64,000 bases of DNA from Lytechinus pictus (GCF_037042905.1 NC_087249.1:32922001-32986000), one strand, 5' to 3'; counted from the stretch's first letter, positions 1 through 12,880 are shown. Numbers and translations: made by a program. The notes: generated by a model from the letters alone, not told the origin.

Positions 1-1836
1 TTACTATTTGATAATATACACTAGCGTAACGGACATGACACCCTTACAGAGTGAACTTCATCAGCACTTCTTAGTTTCAAAATGAAAGAAATATGAATAA
101 TGAATGTAATTATGTAACAGCAAAGTACCTTTACTAACATTCTTAAGAAAAATATGTATATATTATTGACAGGTATCATTAATTTAATAGCTATAGCCTA
201 GTACATGATAATTTTATATAGAATACAATGTTTATCGTACCACTACGGTACACTGAGAAGACCAAATCTCATTTTTTTGTGAGAAGAAAACAAAATGTAC
301 CAGACCTGTATAAATCCAAGATGAACATATTATGAAATGTATTTTATGATAAAGAATATGTACTAGTATTAATGTCAGTTTTAAGATTTAAAAAAAAAGA
401 TATTAAAAAGTATTTTAAAATTTAATAGCAGTACCTGGAAACCAGTCTCATGATCGATTATGTATGAGTTGAAAGGTACACGGAATGTTTGTAAATTGCT
501 TCTGAGATTTTTTTTTCATTCAAAATAAATATCATCCTGAGTATAATCATCCTTTCATCAAATCTTGGATGTTCTAAATCTTACGATCTTGCTTGCTGAC
601 AAATGTGGCTGTATCTAATTTTGTTGCATTGTCTGCGCTGCTTGTGTACAAATGAAGATACATCATTCAAATCGTGATTATGGCTGACCAAAATACTATG
701 ATGACATAATTTAATATCGATCGCGCCACATTCCTTCCACAGCCCCTTTGCTTTGTGATATTGCAAAGAAGTGCCACTGTAGATCCATGGATTCATAGAG
801 CTACATCATGTAACACAGATATCTGAATACAAACCTGTTTTTAAATGTGAGCCCGTGCCATCACTGAAGAAGTAGAGGTTGGTGAAAGTCAGATACTTTG
901 AAGCAATATTATCAGTGATCTCATGAATTCACAAGTTGGAGTTTTATCATGCTCCAAACTGTCAGTGCAAGCACCTTTATTGTATTGTTCAAACACAAAT
1001 GATGCAGATTGTGATCTGAGTATGTTGCCAGATCTAGCTGCATCTTATCCTAATATTATGTGGCATATCATTAATTCTCAGAAAAATATACCAGAACAAG
1101 AGCTGAACTTTCATCATTCACCAACTTCTAAAAATAGCTTGAATGACATGCAGATTCTAGGAGTTATTACATCCAGCTATCCTCAAGCAATTGAGACTGA
1201 CCTCAGTCTGTGACAGTGAGCCTAATATTTTGTTTTTGTAAATGCTGCCTTTTGTCATATATAAGGCGTCATGTCCGTTACGCGAATTGTCATGTCCGTT
1301 ACGCCATTTTTATGAAAATGAGAAGTGGTAAGGGAAAATGATTGCTACACATGGTAGGGGGTTTAATTCTAACATAGAATCTGAATCTGCAGTACCTTTA
1401 GACAAATTTCCTGTAAGCTGTGAAAACTTTAAGTGAAAAACGTAACGGACATGACACTGATAATGGTAAAGAAATCACACAAATCTGAAGACAGATTTCT
1501 CTAAAATTGATGAATGGCATAAAATTTAACGATGATTTTCTGTTGATTTGAACATTAATCAACTATTCAAAAGTTAAAAGAGACCTCTGGGACCTTGTTT
1601 GCTTTTAGTAGAGACAGGAAAGATGAATTGCTTAAATATAGCCACATTTTTTACATTTTGCAATTTACTATTCTATTTTTTTGATGATGGAAAAAACTAC
1701 AAAATTTTTTCAATATTGCGATTTTTCTATTGGAAATTGAGACTTTATAGATTACTTTTTAAGAAAATTTGACTGCTTAAGTGAAATCTGAAACTTCATT
1801 TTTTCTCTAAAGTGAACATTTTCCATGGAATTGCCC
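1..1836 (-). mobile_element. Decayed Sola2-like DNA transposon; one terminus at 1836, the element runs off the window start
   Basis: Terminus GGGCAATTCCAT read on - from 1836, a 5'-GRG end as in Sola2. The same TIR bounds the MITE at 23883-24082. The motif CGTAACGGACATGAC recurs at 25, 1441 and inverted at about 1268-1302. A transposase motif remnant lies inside. Confidence 0.7.
430..830 (-). pseudogene. Transposase remnant (Sola2-type), broken by stops and frameshifts
   Basis: The minus strand at about 795-713 reads ESMDLQWHFFAISQSKGAVEGMWRDRY*. This is a degenerate W-x-FFAT-S-HGKG-x-x-DG motif that I recall from Sola2-type DDD transposases. It is in a different frame from the listed ORF 581-796. 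Confidence 0.6.
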
Positions 1837-2202
1837 ACATGTGAATCAATGTTACTTCTAGAAGTTTTATGAAAAGCGGAATCATATTCTCAAACGTACA
1901 GGTACTGTATATTATGGGAGGGGTACATTTACACAAAAATACATACATTGTACATAAACATGTATATATATGTACAAGCTACTGTTCATTGGATACAGGA
2001 TCCAGGGGTGGGGGCAAATCAGTGATTACCAATTGGTGGTGCATGTGTCACTGTGTCACTTGATGCACGTCGGGTCTTGTGAAGTGGTGCATGCAAGCTG
2101 CTTCAGTATGAGAAATAAAATAAACTAATTTATTTGAAAAATATTGTAATTACTTTATTAGCACTTTGGGGGCTTATTAAAAGGTGTCATAATTATCATT
2201 TT

Positions 2203-2241
2203 GCCTCCGACGAAGATTCTGCTAGGATCGAAAGCTTAGGC
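2203..2241 (+). ncRNA. Minimal type I hammerhead ribozyme motif (Penelope/retrozyme type), U4C core variant
   Basis: GCCT-CCGACGA-A-GATTCT-GCT-AGGATC-GAA-AGCT-T-AGGC. Stem I is GCCT/AGGC and stem II is GATTCT/AGGATC with one G-U pair. Palindromic AGCT replaces stem III. Confidence 0.65.
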
Positions 2242-3579
2242 CCCTTTTTTACTTTATAATTATTATTTAAAAGGTTCAGGAGAGGTTCTGCTCACCTCGT
2301 TCCCTGCCCAAGGGCCCTGGCGCTGGACCCAAAACTGTGATGTATGGGTCACTTGGCTTGCCCTTCATTTGGGATAGTGGACCAGTACAGGTTTCCAGTA
2401 TAAACGATAACAAAACTTATTGAGAACCCCATTCTACTTTGATTTTTTGCTCCCTCTGTTTGTTGCTTCTGAAGCCGTTATAAACTTTCCAGCAGTGCAT
2501 ACTGGTTTTTTAATCTACTTTCAGGGGCGCACATATGACAAATTTCATGGATAAATTCTCAAAATATGCATGGGGACACACACCCCTTGCCCCCCCCCCC
2601 CCCCCCCCCCCCGCCTGGATCCACTTTGGAACAACACCAACATCCCCCATCCCCTCCCCTAACCCAACCACCACTCATCCTGGACCCACCACAAATACAC
2701 AGTACAATGAATACACAATGTACTGTATAGACAATTTTAAAGCCTACACATACATGTACATGTAATATAAACAGAGCACAGGCCTATATTAGTTGCCTGC
2801 TACATTTATTTCCTTGGCATCTTCAATGATGGTACATGTAACAGTATGATTCAGCGGGTTAAAGTTCAAGAATAACAAAGTGCTACAATTTCTAAATTTA
2901 GCCCACAATATCTTCCGGAAGAACAGTAGTGTCCTCATTTACGCTAAAACCAGTTTACCGAGGCGAAGCGATCTTGAGAACTACATGTACATGTACATCG
3001 CGAGGTGGTTTTCCGAACTGGTTTGGAAGTTCTTCGACCGTTCTCACTACGCATTAGTTTCCACTATTAAAACTAGTTTCCAGTTTAAGTTTTAGGAACT
3101 TTAATAGTGAGAATGGTGTCTATTTGACAATTTCAGAGAAACATAAATTACTAGGCCTATTTGATTGCCACACTCTCATGAAACAGATCTCTTTCTCTCT
3201 CTTGTAGAATCCAGAGCAGTATGAAACAAATGATGAAACTTCTGTGGTAAAAACTAGCGTATGTGTACATGTATGAGTATAATGAAGGAAGACAATTAAT
3301 TGATCATTCCCAGTGAATGTAGATAATTAATTGCCAAATTCTGTTGACCAGGTGCAATTCACCTGTGAAATAGGCCAACATGGAGGCCTAAATGTTGTGC
3401 CTGACCAAACTCTTTCAGACTACATGTAGGGCCAAGTCACAACATTTCAACGCTATTCATACGACTGCTAATTTTAATAAGCAAACCCGTTTTGCCATTT
3501 CATCACAATCCATCTGAATGTGTATGTGATATCAAGTACATGTAGCTCGAAAATTCACATTTCACATCTTTTACATCTA

Positions 3580-5255
3580 CATGTAGATCAAAATAATGAA
3601 CTACAAATGTACATGTAGCACATCAATGATGTGGAGCTCATCCGACATCTCGCAACAGAATTTAACACAATTTTAATTTCAGCCCAGTTGACACTGTAGT
3701 GAATTATATTGGTGACATAAATTGAGAGTATAGAATTGAGATTGATGAAGAAATGACATAGAAGCATTTTTTGTGATCTATGAATAGATTTCATATAAAA
3801 TAGCATACTTTTCTAGTCAGAATTTCTAAACTCTGTGTAGAACTTTGGTGAACCTCATGTAGCTCTCAGATGGAATAAAATAATCAAAATCAATCAACAA
3901 AATGAATAAGTATTTTTTTGTGAGTTGTGAAAATATATGAATAAATTAGCATATTTGATGAGTTTCAAAATTCTGTGTTATAATTTTGTATCACCACCTA
4001 CATGTAGAGCTATCATATAAAGCAATTGAACAAAACTGAAATTGATCAACAATGAAGGAGAAAAAACATTTGTTGTGATTTATGAATAAATTTTGCATAA
4101 CCATAAATAAATTTCTAGACAAATTTTCAAAATTTTGTGTACATGTTTGGTGAACCTCATGCAGCTCAACCAGATGGAAGAAAAAAAATCAAAATCGGTC
4201 AACAAATAAAGAAGACGAGGCATTTTCTGTGATTTATGAATAAATTTCGCATAAATTAGCATAAATAATTTTCTACTGAAAATTTCAAAAATTCTGTGGA
4301 GAAGTTTGATGAATCTCTTGAAGTTCTACCAGATGGAAGAAAAAAAAATCAATATTAGTCCTCAATTAAAGAAGAAACATTTCATGTGAATTTTTAAAAA
4401 TATGCATAAATTATCATTTAAAAAATTTTAGTAAAATGTTCAAAATTCTGTGTTAAAAAATTTGGTGAACCTCATGAAGTGCTACCAGAAGGAAGCCAAA
4501 AAATCAGAATTGGTCAACAAATGACGAAGGAGAAGCATTTTTTGAGAATTGTGAAAAATGCATATAAAATAGCATATTTAATGAGTTTCAAAATTCTGTG
4601 TAGAAGTTTTGAATCCCCCACCTAAAGCTATCATACAAAGCAAACAGAATTAAAATCAGACTTGAAATGACGAAAAAGAAGCATTTTGAAATTCGGTCAA
4701 CAAATAAAGAAGAGGCATTTTCTGTGATTTATGAATTTTGCATAAATTTTGCATAAATTTTTGCAAAATTCTAGCCAAATGTTCAAAGTTCTGTGTAGAA
4801 GTTTGGTGAATCTCATGAAGCTCTACCAGATGGAAGAAAAAAAATCAAAATCGGTCAACAAATAATGAACTTAAATGAAGAAGCATTTTATGTAAATTTT
4901 TAAATATATATGCATAAATTACTTTTGCATAAATTACCATAAAAATTGTTCTAGTCAAAATTTCAAACTTCTGTGTACAAGTTTGGTGAACCACATGGAA
5001 GCAAAAAATTCAAAATCAGTCAACAAATAAAGAAGCATTTTTTGTGAATTTTGAAAAATGCGCATAAATTAGCATATTTAATGAGTTTCAAAATTCTGTG
5101 TAGAAGTTTTGAATCCCCCAAATAGCACTATCATATAAAGCAAACAGAAATGAAATCGGACTTGAAGAACTTGAAGTATTTTGAAATTGTGGACCCGTGG
5201 ACGACAGACTACGGACGCCAGCTCATCTGGCCCTTCGGGCCGGATGAGCTAAAAA
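3580..5255. mobile_element. Helentron/HINE- or pearl/Tsp-like non-autonomous element with an internal tandem array of about 150-bp units
   Basis: Repeated units share AAAATCGGTCAACAAAT...GCATAAATTAGCAT...AAAATTCTGTGTAGAAGTTTGGTGAA. An ACGG/GACG-like microsatellite follows, then the terminal hairpin AGCTCATCTGGCC-CTTCG-GGCCGGATGAGCT (5220-5250) and AAAAA. The left boundary is approximate. Confidence 0.65.
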
Positions 5256-8200
5256 TTATGTCAGGCTTGAGAAATAATGCTAGATTCTAAGACTACATGT
5301 AAGAGGGTCAAAATCATAATTATTTTTCAAAAACATAATTATGTAAGAACTGGCAATCTTGATCAATTTAGCCTCCTCCGTCCAGAACATACAGTAAGCC
5401 TACATGTACACTGTAGCAGGCTTACCAGGCTAAAAGTAAGCCCAACATCATTTGCTCACCAATCATAAATCTGATACTCCTTGAAGGCGACCTTTCACTC
5501 CTAAGGAATACATATTTGCATTCCCCAAGAAGGGCGAGGCTTGCCTTATTGACATTCTACCCCACCCTAACATATTTCAATGGCATCCACTTATAAACCC
5601 CACCCTCACAAACAATCTCTGGCCCCAATTTCAAGATAATCCACATTCCTTTTTTATGACTTTACCCAACATCCTTCACAGCCACATGATTAGATTTGAT
5701 ACAATGTTAAGAAAATAACTACCAAAGATAAATGTACAGGTATGTATAAATATGCCAAATGTTGTTTATATGGTTGGTCTGTATATATGTAAAAAGAATC
5801 TATGGTCACAAGTGTCAGACTCCATCAATTCCATTTGGGGAGAGAAAAAGACAGTGGATACAGCCTGTAGCCTCTTTGTACAAATTGACAGAGACAAATG
5901 TATGAATAGCCTACATAGTACATACATGTATCATAGTTTAATAGGCCAAAATTGTTTTTAAAAAATTATCAAGTTCTTACATGTACGTCATCACAAAATA
6001 AGAGAATACAATTTCCAATAGATCTTCATATCAAAAGTACAAGTTACATGCATTTCCTGTTCAAATTTGCTTCCAATACATTTGGGCAGTTTTCTATAGA
6101 ATTGAGTTTATAGGCCTACTTTAAAGCATTACAATTTTTTCTTTCTTACCTTACTAGTAGTACTCTCCCGAAATTTTGTCTTATTTTCCCTGATTTGGCC
6201 CAAGACAGTGTTCACATGGTCCTTGAACATCTCTGATATATTTCCAATTCAGCATTAACAGTAAAAAATGATCCAAGATTGCATGCAATAAAGCATACAA
6301 ATGGTATCAGCTACTACAAGAGAACAGAAACTTCAATAGCCTAGCAGTGATTGATTAGTGATCGAAACAATACCGTAATTATTTCGAAACAATGCTTTAT
6401 ACTGCACAGCTGCTTGCAAAAGCTCTCTACTCTCATACCTTGCATCACAGGCTATATTATTAGCACTTGGATTCATTATTAAGTTGTTAGACACTTGGCA
6501 TAAGGGCAGGAAACATGAATTATGATTGGATAATTTTAAGAGGTTGACCTCGAAAGGAAACAATTCCATGGTCGGTCACCACCCCTGTAGTGTGAACTTC
6601 TGGGACCAATCAATAAATTTTCATCCAAATACGTTCCTGGTAAATGCGGAACAATTTGCAATCTAGGGACCAGAAGTTACCGCGGGATGCATTCTGGAAC
6701 ACATGGTGTGATGAGGCTGGATGCTAGAACACAGCAGTGGAAGTTCTCCCCTCTAAACTCATTACCAGAAATAACTCAATTAGAACAATAGGACGATGAC
6801 CTTGTAGGGTAATTTTATACGCAACTTGTACACATGTACACTGTAACTACAGTTTTCCCGAGTTGAACTCTATCCTTCAAAACTTGTCATTGCATTCAAG
6901 GACAACAGACAATCTGGAATATTCAAATTGTTGCATTACATTTTTATAACTCAGACTGGTATTTGTAGTACATACATGTACTAATAATACATGACATTTT
7001 TATCTCAAAATGAATAGGGTTGACTGAGCCTTGGATATCAAGCTGTGTATGACCCTGCCAATCAAAAGCTCGACATGGAACAGTCTGATCCTGATTCTGG
7101 GGCACCAAGGTTTATGAATCTAGTATTGCTTGAATTAATCAAAACAAAATAATATAGTGTACACTGGAGTCAACTTTTAATATAAGAAAAATTAAATGAT
7201 ACGATTTATGATTGGTCTCTAAAATTGATGTTAATAAAAAAAATTGTATTTTCATTGTTGGAGCATTCCTAATGTACATGTACATACTGAAAAGTATTAA
7301 TTTAGCATTTTGGAGAGAAAGTATAAATACATGTAAGTAATGGGTAGGCTACATTCTTGCAAATTGTTTGATGTAAAACATGTATTCATTTTTCATTTGG
7401 CTGATTGTCTTATCACTTGCCCCCACCCCACCCCCAAGTTATGCTACTATATCTTCTACATGTATTTTACAGGTTTAATAGCCATTTATAAAGCTTTCTG
7501 ATAAATTAATGCTTGAATCAACGTCAAGTTTGCAACTATACTCTCTATTTGATAATGATTATTATTTTTATCATTTTGGGGTGCTGGGGTAGAGAACTAT
7601 GAAATGCTTCTTGTCAGACATAATTCTCTCTAAAATAGCTATAGGGAGTGGGACTTGAAATGAGGATTTTAAAATTTTAATCATGCCTGTCACAAGTCTA
7701 ATGTAGCAACAGACAGATCTAGGCTAGCAGTAAATTGCTCATCACACTGCAGTGTAGGTAGTGTATAAATTTGCTTTATAGGACATTGACCTACTGGACA
7801 CTAGGCACATACTGTAAGATTTTATGAGAGGTGAAATTAACTATACATCAAACAGAGAAGTGAAACACTCAAACAGCAGTAAAAAAAAAATGAAAAGAAA
7901 CAATTAAAATATACATGTACACAAGCACACTATTATTGGTCACTGAGAGACTTCCCCAACCAAGTGCAATCATTGCTGCCAATCTAACTATACACTTGGG
8001 GATAAATATTTTTTAATTGTTTTTTTAATCAACACCTTGTCTCTACATATATTTTTGTGGAAAGTACAATAGGGTATTAAAAGCATCTATCGATTCAAGT
8101 TCCATAAGATGAGACATGGCCCATACATGTACCACTACATGTAGACCTGAAACATTATTTGTTCAGTGATACTTCGTCTCAAAATATGCAAATATGTATC

Positions 8201-10513
8201 CTTCACTCAGTGTTCGCAATTTGCAATAACATCTTTTATGTGGAAATAAATTTATGAACTATAATAAACTTTCGGACCCTTATTGTGTTTAGGAAATTAT
8301 CCCATGAGCGAAATCCCAGAAAGTGTATATAGTAGGCCGTACAAATAAAGAGTGGTAACAGGTACAGATACAACATCATAAATAGATGTTGCATCACATT
8401 TGTCTGCTGAAACAGAATTATATCCAATTCTGATGCAGGAATATTTCAACCATAGAGCTACTAACATTAGTACCGGTAGCTCCATGTTGCAACCTATGGG
8501 AGAGAGAAAATCCGGTGGACAATGAGTTAAGAGACTGCCATCTCAAGATTGAATCAAGACAGGCAGGATTGCTAATGATACGGGTCCACAACGCCTCGAA
8601 GATCATGCTTAGTGGAGTATTTATAGCCTGCTCAAACAAGCGATATATCAGTGTCTGCATACCACGCTTGCTTACTGGTAGCACAATCCAAAGATGATGC
8701 GAGAGATAACATCCCTCTTCACACACATCCATATCTTCGTGTAAGGAGATTTTTACATGAGACTGAAATGGGTAGGCAAAAGCAATCATTAAAACAAAGG
8801 TATTGTAAACAAGACTCTCAAAAACACATGCATCCCTGCTATATTTTGGATAGCATGCAGGAATGCAATAGGCTATAGCTCCTTGTTATTTACCTACATT
8901 TTTGTAACGCTCAGTTAGAAGGCCTTGCAGTCAACCATGCTCCCTCATTTCTTTTTGGGAGGGGCAAGGACACAGGTATCACAGAAAAGGCATACCTACA
9001 TATTATATATGACTATGACACATAATTTTATAGTCAATTGCCCCCCTCTCACCATGTACACATGTACAATGTCTTATGATACATTATACATGTACGTTTA
9101 TCGGTCAAAGTCTCAAAAACATAAAAGATATTTAAAAGATCTTTAGTGTGAATGATCTAGTAACATTGCTGATCAGATGGTAGCCAGCTTGCGTACATTG
9201 TACATACATGTACACCTGTACAGGTTGTGAAACCAAACAGGCAGGCTCAACATATTGATATTTGATTGGACACCAAAATTGTAGCAGATGTAACAAAAAA
9301 AGAACAAACATTCAAGAGAAATTAATGAATGTTCAAGGACAACCACGGACAGGGCAATATTTATTGTGTGTGTACTGTGCAAGTGGCAAAACTCTATTCT
9401 GTACAGGTAGCTTCACTAGCCTTGTACACTGTAGAAGAGTGGGCAAAGTCCAGTGTGAATAGAATTAAAGATATGAACTTTGTACATACATATTACATAT
9501 TGAATCAGTAAAAAATAATATTTGTAAATTTTATTTTCTTATCTTAAATATAACAGAACAAATTATTAGTTATTTTTATGTTATGAAAAACTAAACAGTG
9601 AGTCCAAAGCACATTAAAACCTCATGATAAAATTGATGTACCTGTACATGGACAGGTACACATGCAGAGAGTGAATCTAAGGAAATTTTCTGTGTTATTC
9701 TCACAATAACTAAAGGCCAAGAGTTAAGAGTATTTTTGAATGACTTCTTGATTGTATGTACATGAACCTGTCATCCTTAAATTAAGATTCTCAAAAAGGG
9801 GTCAGAGCCTCAGAGGTGTCCCAAAATGAACAAGTGACTGGAAATTTTCAAGATACTAGGAAGGTTTGATTTTTGTTGGTTCAGAGAGTCGAATTCCATA
9901 GTCCAACTTTGCACGGCATTTTACACTGCATGAAATAGTTGATGTACCAAAAATTAGCAAGAGTTTCTTTTATTCTCATTTATTACCAGAAAAAATCACC
10001 AGAAAGAGTTTCATTTTTTACATTCTGGTTGCAAGTGGGCACAAAAAGCTGTGTCCCCTTCCTCCCCCCCCCCCCCCCATTTGAATGATGAAACCTGACT
10101 GAAAATTTATGAGTGCCTAATTTAGAAAATAGTGCAGTATACCCGGTACATACATGTACGTGTAATAATGCCCATTGTGAAAAATATTAAACCACAACAT
10201 ACTGTACAACTACACTTATTGGCAAAATACAATGGAAAGAGGAAGAATTTTTTCATCACCAAAAAGGGGCATGGCCTATTTCTAGATTAAATTATATCAG
10301 TTTCCTGAACTTCATCAAACTGATCACTAAAAAACCGCTTTGTCTAGAATGATCAGGAACCATTGAGGTTTGAAGGAAAAGTAGAAATTCATATTACATA
10401 TAAGTAAGCATTTCCTGAGCTGAATCAACACTTCAGTGATACTCAAGTTTCTCAGATGGGCAAGAGACAAAGAAAAACTTGAAGCTGATACTGCAAAAAG
10501 ACAAGTTTCTTCC

Positions 10514-10690
10514 TAGTCTGCAGGCACAGACCCTGATTGAAACTTTGATCAGCAGTTGTGTCTCCATGCAAAGACTAGCACATACAAAACTTGCTGTTTC
10601 AATTCAGCGAGAGGGCCTTCAGTACACAAGGGATGAGTGGGCTGCACATTCAGACCCTGAACTCGAGTGAAGGGTTTGCACAGCAGACTA
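10514..10690. mobile_element. AcademH-like MITE, copy 1
   Basis: TIR TAGTCTGC...GCAGACTA with a perfect 9-bp TSD GTTTCTTCC. A second copy lies at 62419-62588. Confidence 0.8.
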
Positions 10691-10992
10691 GTTTCTTCCA
10701 GCGTGCTGTATTGACTAGATCTAGACCTATTATATTCAACTAAAATATGCCAAATTAATAAACTTGACTTTGAGCAAAGTTTGAATGAAAGGCCTTAGAA
10801 TGGGGACAAAGATGCTCTTACCCGAGGTCAAGTAAGATTTGAAAAGATCCGTATAATACATGTACACGTAGACGTATGTTTACAAAACTAAAGAGTGGGA
10901 TCTAAATATTCTACAAAATTGCATACACAAAGCTCCCCCCTCCCCTACCATCAAATAAAAAGGCATTTTGAGGGTACAGTAACTCACTTTAA

Positions 10993-11577
10993 AGGAGAAT
11001 GAAACCCTAGAAACCAGCTGAATCCATATCAAAGAGAAAAATCAAACAAACATATTGTTGAAAGTTTGAGGAAGAATGAATGAATAATAAGAAAGTTTAT
11101 GAGCATTTGAATATTGAGATCACTAATGCCATGTAGATCCTCCTATTGGCAATGCGACCAAGATCTGTGATGTCACACACGTACAACTCCCTCATTACTT
11201 TAATACTTAATTCACTTATATTCTCAATTTTATAGAGTCTATCACAAGGTGAGGTGTTCTCTTTATGAGAGGACAAGTACAGAGTTTTCACAACATTATA
11301 TCATTGATGAATCGTTTGTCATATGATTAGAATGAGCAAAAAGAGATGTTTTGGGGTATATTTTCAGTGTCCAAAAGGGGAGAGTTGTTCATCTGTGACA
11401 TCTTAGATCTTGGTCGCATTGCCAATGGGAGGATCTCCATAGCATTGGTGATCTCGACATTCAAATGCTCTTAACTCTTCTATTGCTAGTCCTATTTTAC
11501 TCAAACTTTTGTTGATCTTATTCTTTGATTTTTCTGCTTTCACAAAAGCTAACTTGCTCCAAGAGTTTCATTCTACT
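10993..11577. mobile_element. TTAA-TSD MITE with long TIRs (Kolobok-like)
   Basis: TTAA|AGGAGAATGAAAC ... GTTTCATTCTACT|TTAA. The arms of about 180 bp are imperfectly complementary, e.g. ATTGGCAATGCGACCAAGATCT / AGATCTTGGTCGCATTGCCAAT. Confidence 0.75.
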
Positions 11578-12438
11578 TTAATGACGCAAAGTTACTGAGC
11601 TCTCCTCCATAATGACTGGCATCTTATCCCAGTCCATGCAATGATGCAATGAAGTGTATGCAAATTCTAGAATTTTGCATTTAGGAAAATTATATTTCGA
11701 TAATTACATGTATTTGTAAACATCTGAAAGGTCATCTGCATCGACAGGCGGAAAAGTGAAATTCCAGGAATTGATAAGATGGCAGGCTATTATGAAAGTC
11801 ATATTAGTAGACTATTAAAGTAAAGTAACCTTGTTAAATAAATAGCCTTCACAGCCAATTGATACAAAACAAAAGCTTCCACGGAACACAAAAAGGCAAG
11901 CTAATGCAACTTGCAAGGTTACAAGTGACGATAAACATTAGATTATCATGTTACTTTTCAATGAATAGATCTAGATACTAGATCTAAATGGTTTAGATTA
12001 TTAGATCTAACTGTTAAACTAGATAAAAACTTAAATCGCAGCATAAAGCCAATAGAAAAGATTGAAATAGAAAAGATATAACATAGGCAGTAGTGTGCAA
12101 TATAACACAACAAAACATAATACTATAACAACAAAGTAACATTACAAAACATTTTTAAAAAGAAATTAGGCCCTATCAGCATGATCAGTAAAACAAAACA
12201 TGATTGAACATTGATTTAATCTGAACAATATAAGTTTACAACATGATTAAGTGATAAAAAAAATTAAAAGTACCGGTATGTAAACGGTTGTGCAAATGAT
12301 TTTACATGTAATCTCCACCCCCCCCCCCCCCCTTGATGAAGAAGAAAATTTACACAATAAAACATCAAAATTGAAATCCATCATCATCAAAGACTTGACA
12401 TGATTTAGAAAGGAACGAGCATGATATGATTTGTTTAC

Positions 12439-12516
12439 CATAGAGAAGCCACTTATCGCAATGCTGTGTGGGCGATTCCGTTTCGTCCCGCCACCCCCAT
12501 CCCGTTTCTCGCTCAT
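12439..12516 (-). CDS. Probable first coding exon of an unidentified minus-strand gene (MSEKRDGGGGTKRNRPHSIAISGFSM)
   Basis: The ATG is in gccgagATGa context inside a CpG-rich patch, and the exon ends at an ATG|GTAAAC donor (phase 0). No homology recognised. Confidence 0.45.
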
Positions 12517-12880
12517 CTCGGCGGCCGACGTGACACTCGCTGCTTGACGTGACTTCAGTCCAGCTCTAATTTCAAAAATCCAATAATTTTCCACGAAATG
12601 GGTGTAACTGGTGATGATCCTTTAGAATTTACTATGGTATTCCGGTAGTTAAATACAAATTCACTTGATTATTAATCTCAAATCTTACAGGTGAACAAGT
12701 TTCGATTTTAAATCATCGTCACGACGGGGAGTTACCTTTCCTCACTTCCGGTGATGTGGAGAGAGAGATCGAGAGAGTGAAATTATCAAAAAGCGGGATT
12801 CTCGCAAGAACGTAGGTGGCGATATTTCAAAACTCTTTTTCAGCAATGTTAAATCCTGTATAAAATCGCAATGACATTGT
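12480..12880 (-). promoter_or_regulatory. CpG-rich promoter-like region
   Basis: Local CpG enrichment, an ETS-type motif CACTTCCGGT at about 12743, a TCTCGCAAGA (TCTCGCGAGA-like) motif at about 12800, and a CRE-like TGACGT at about 12545. Confidence 0.5.
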
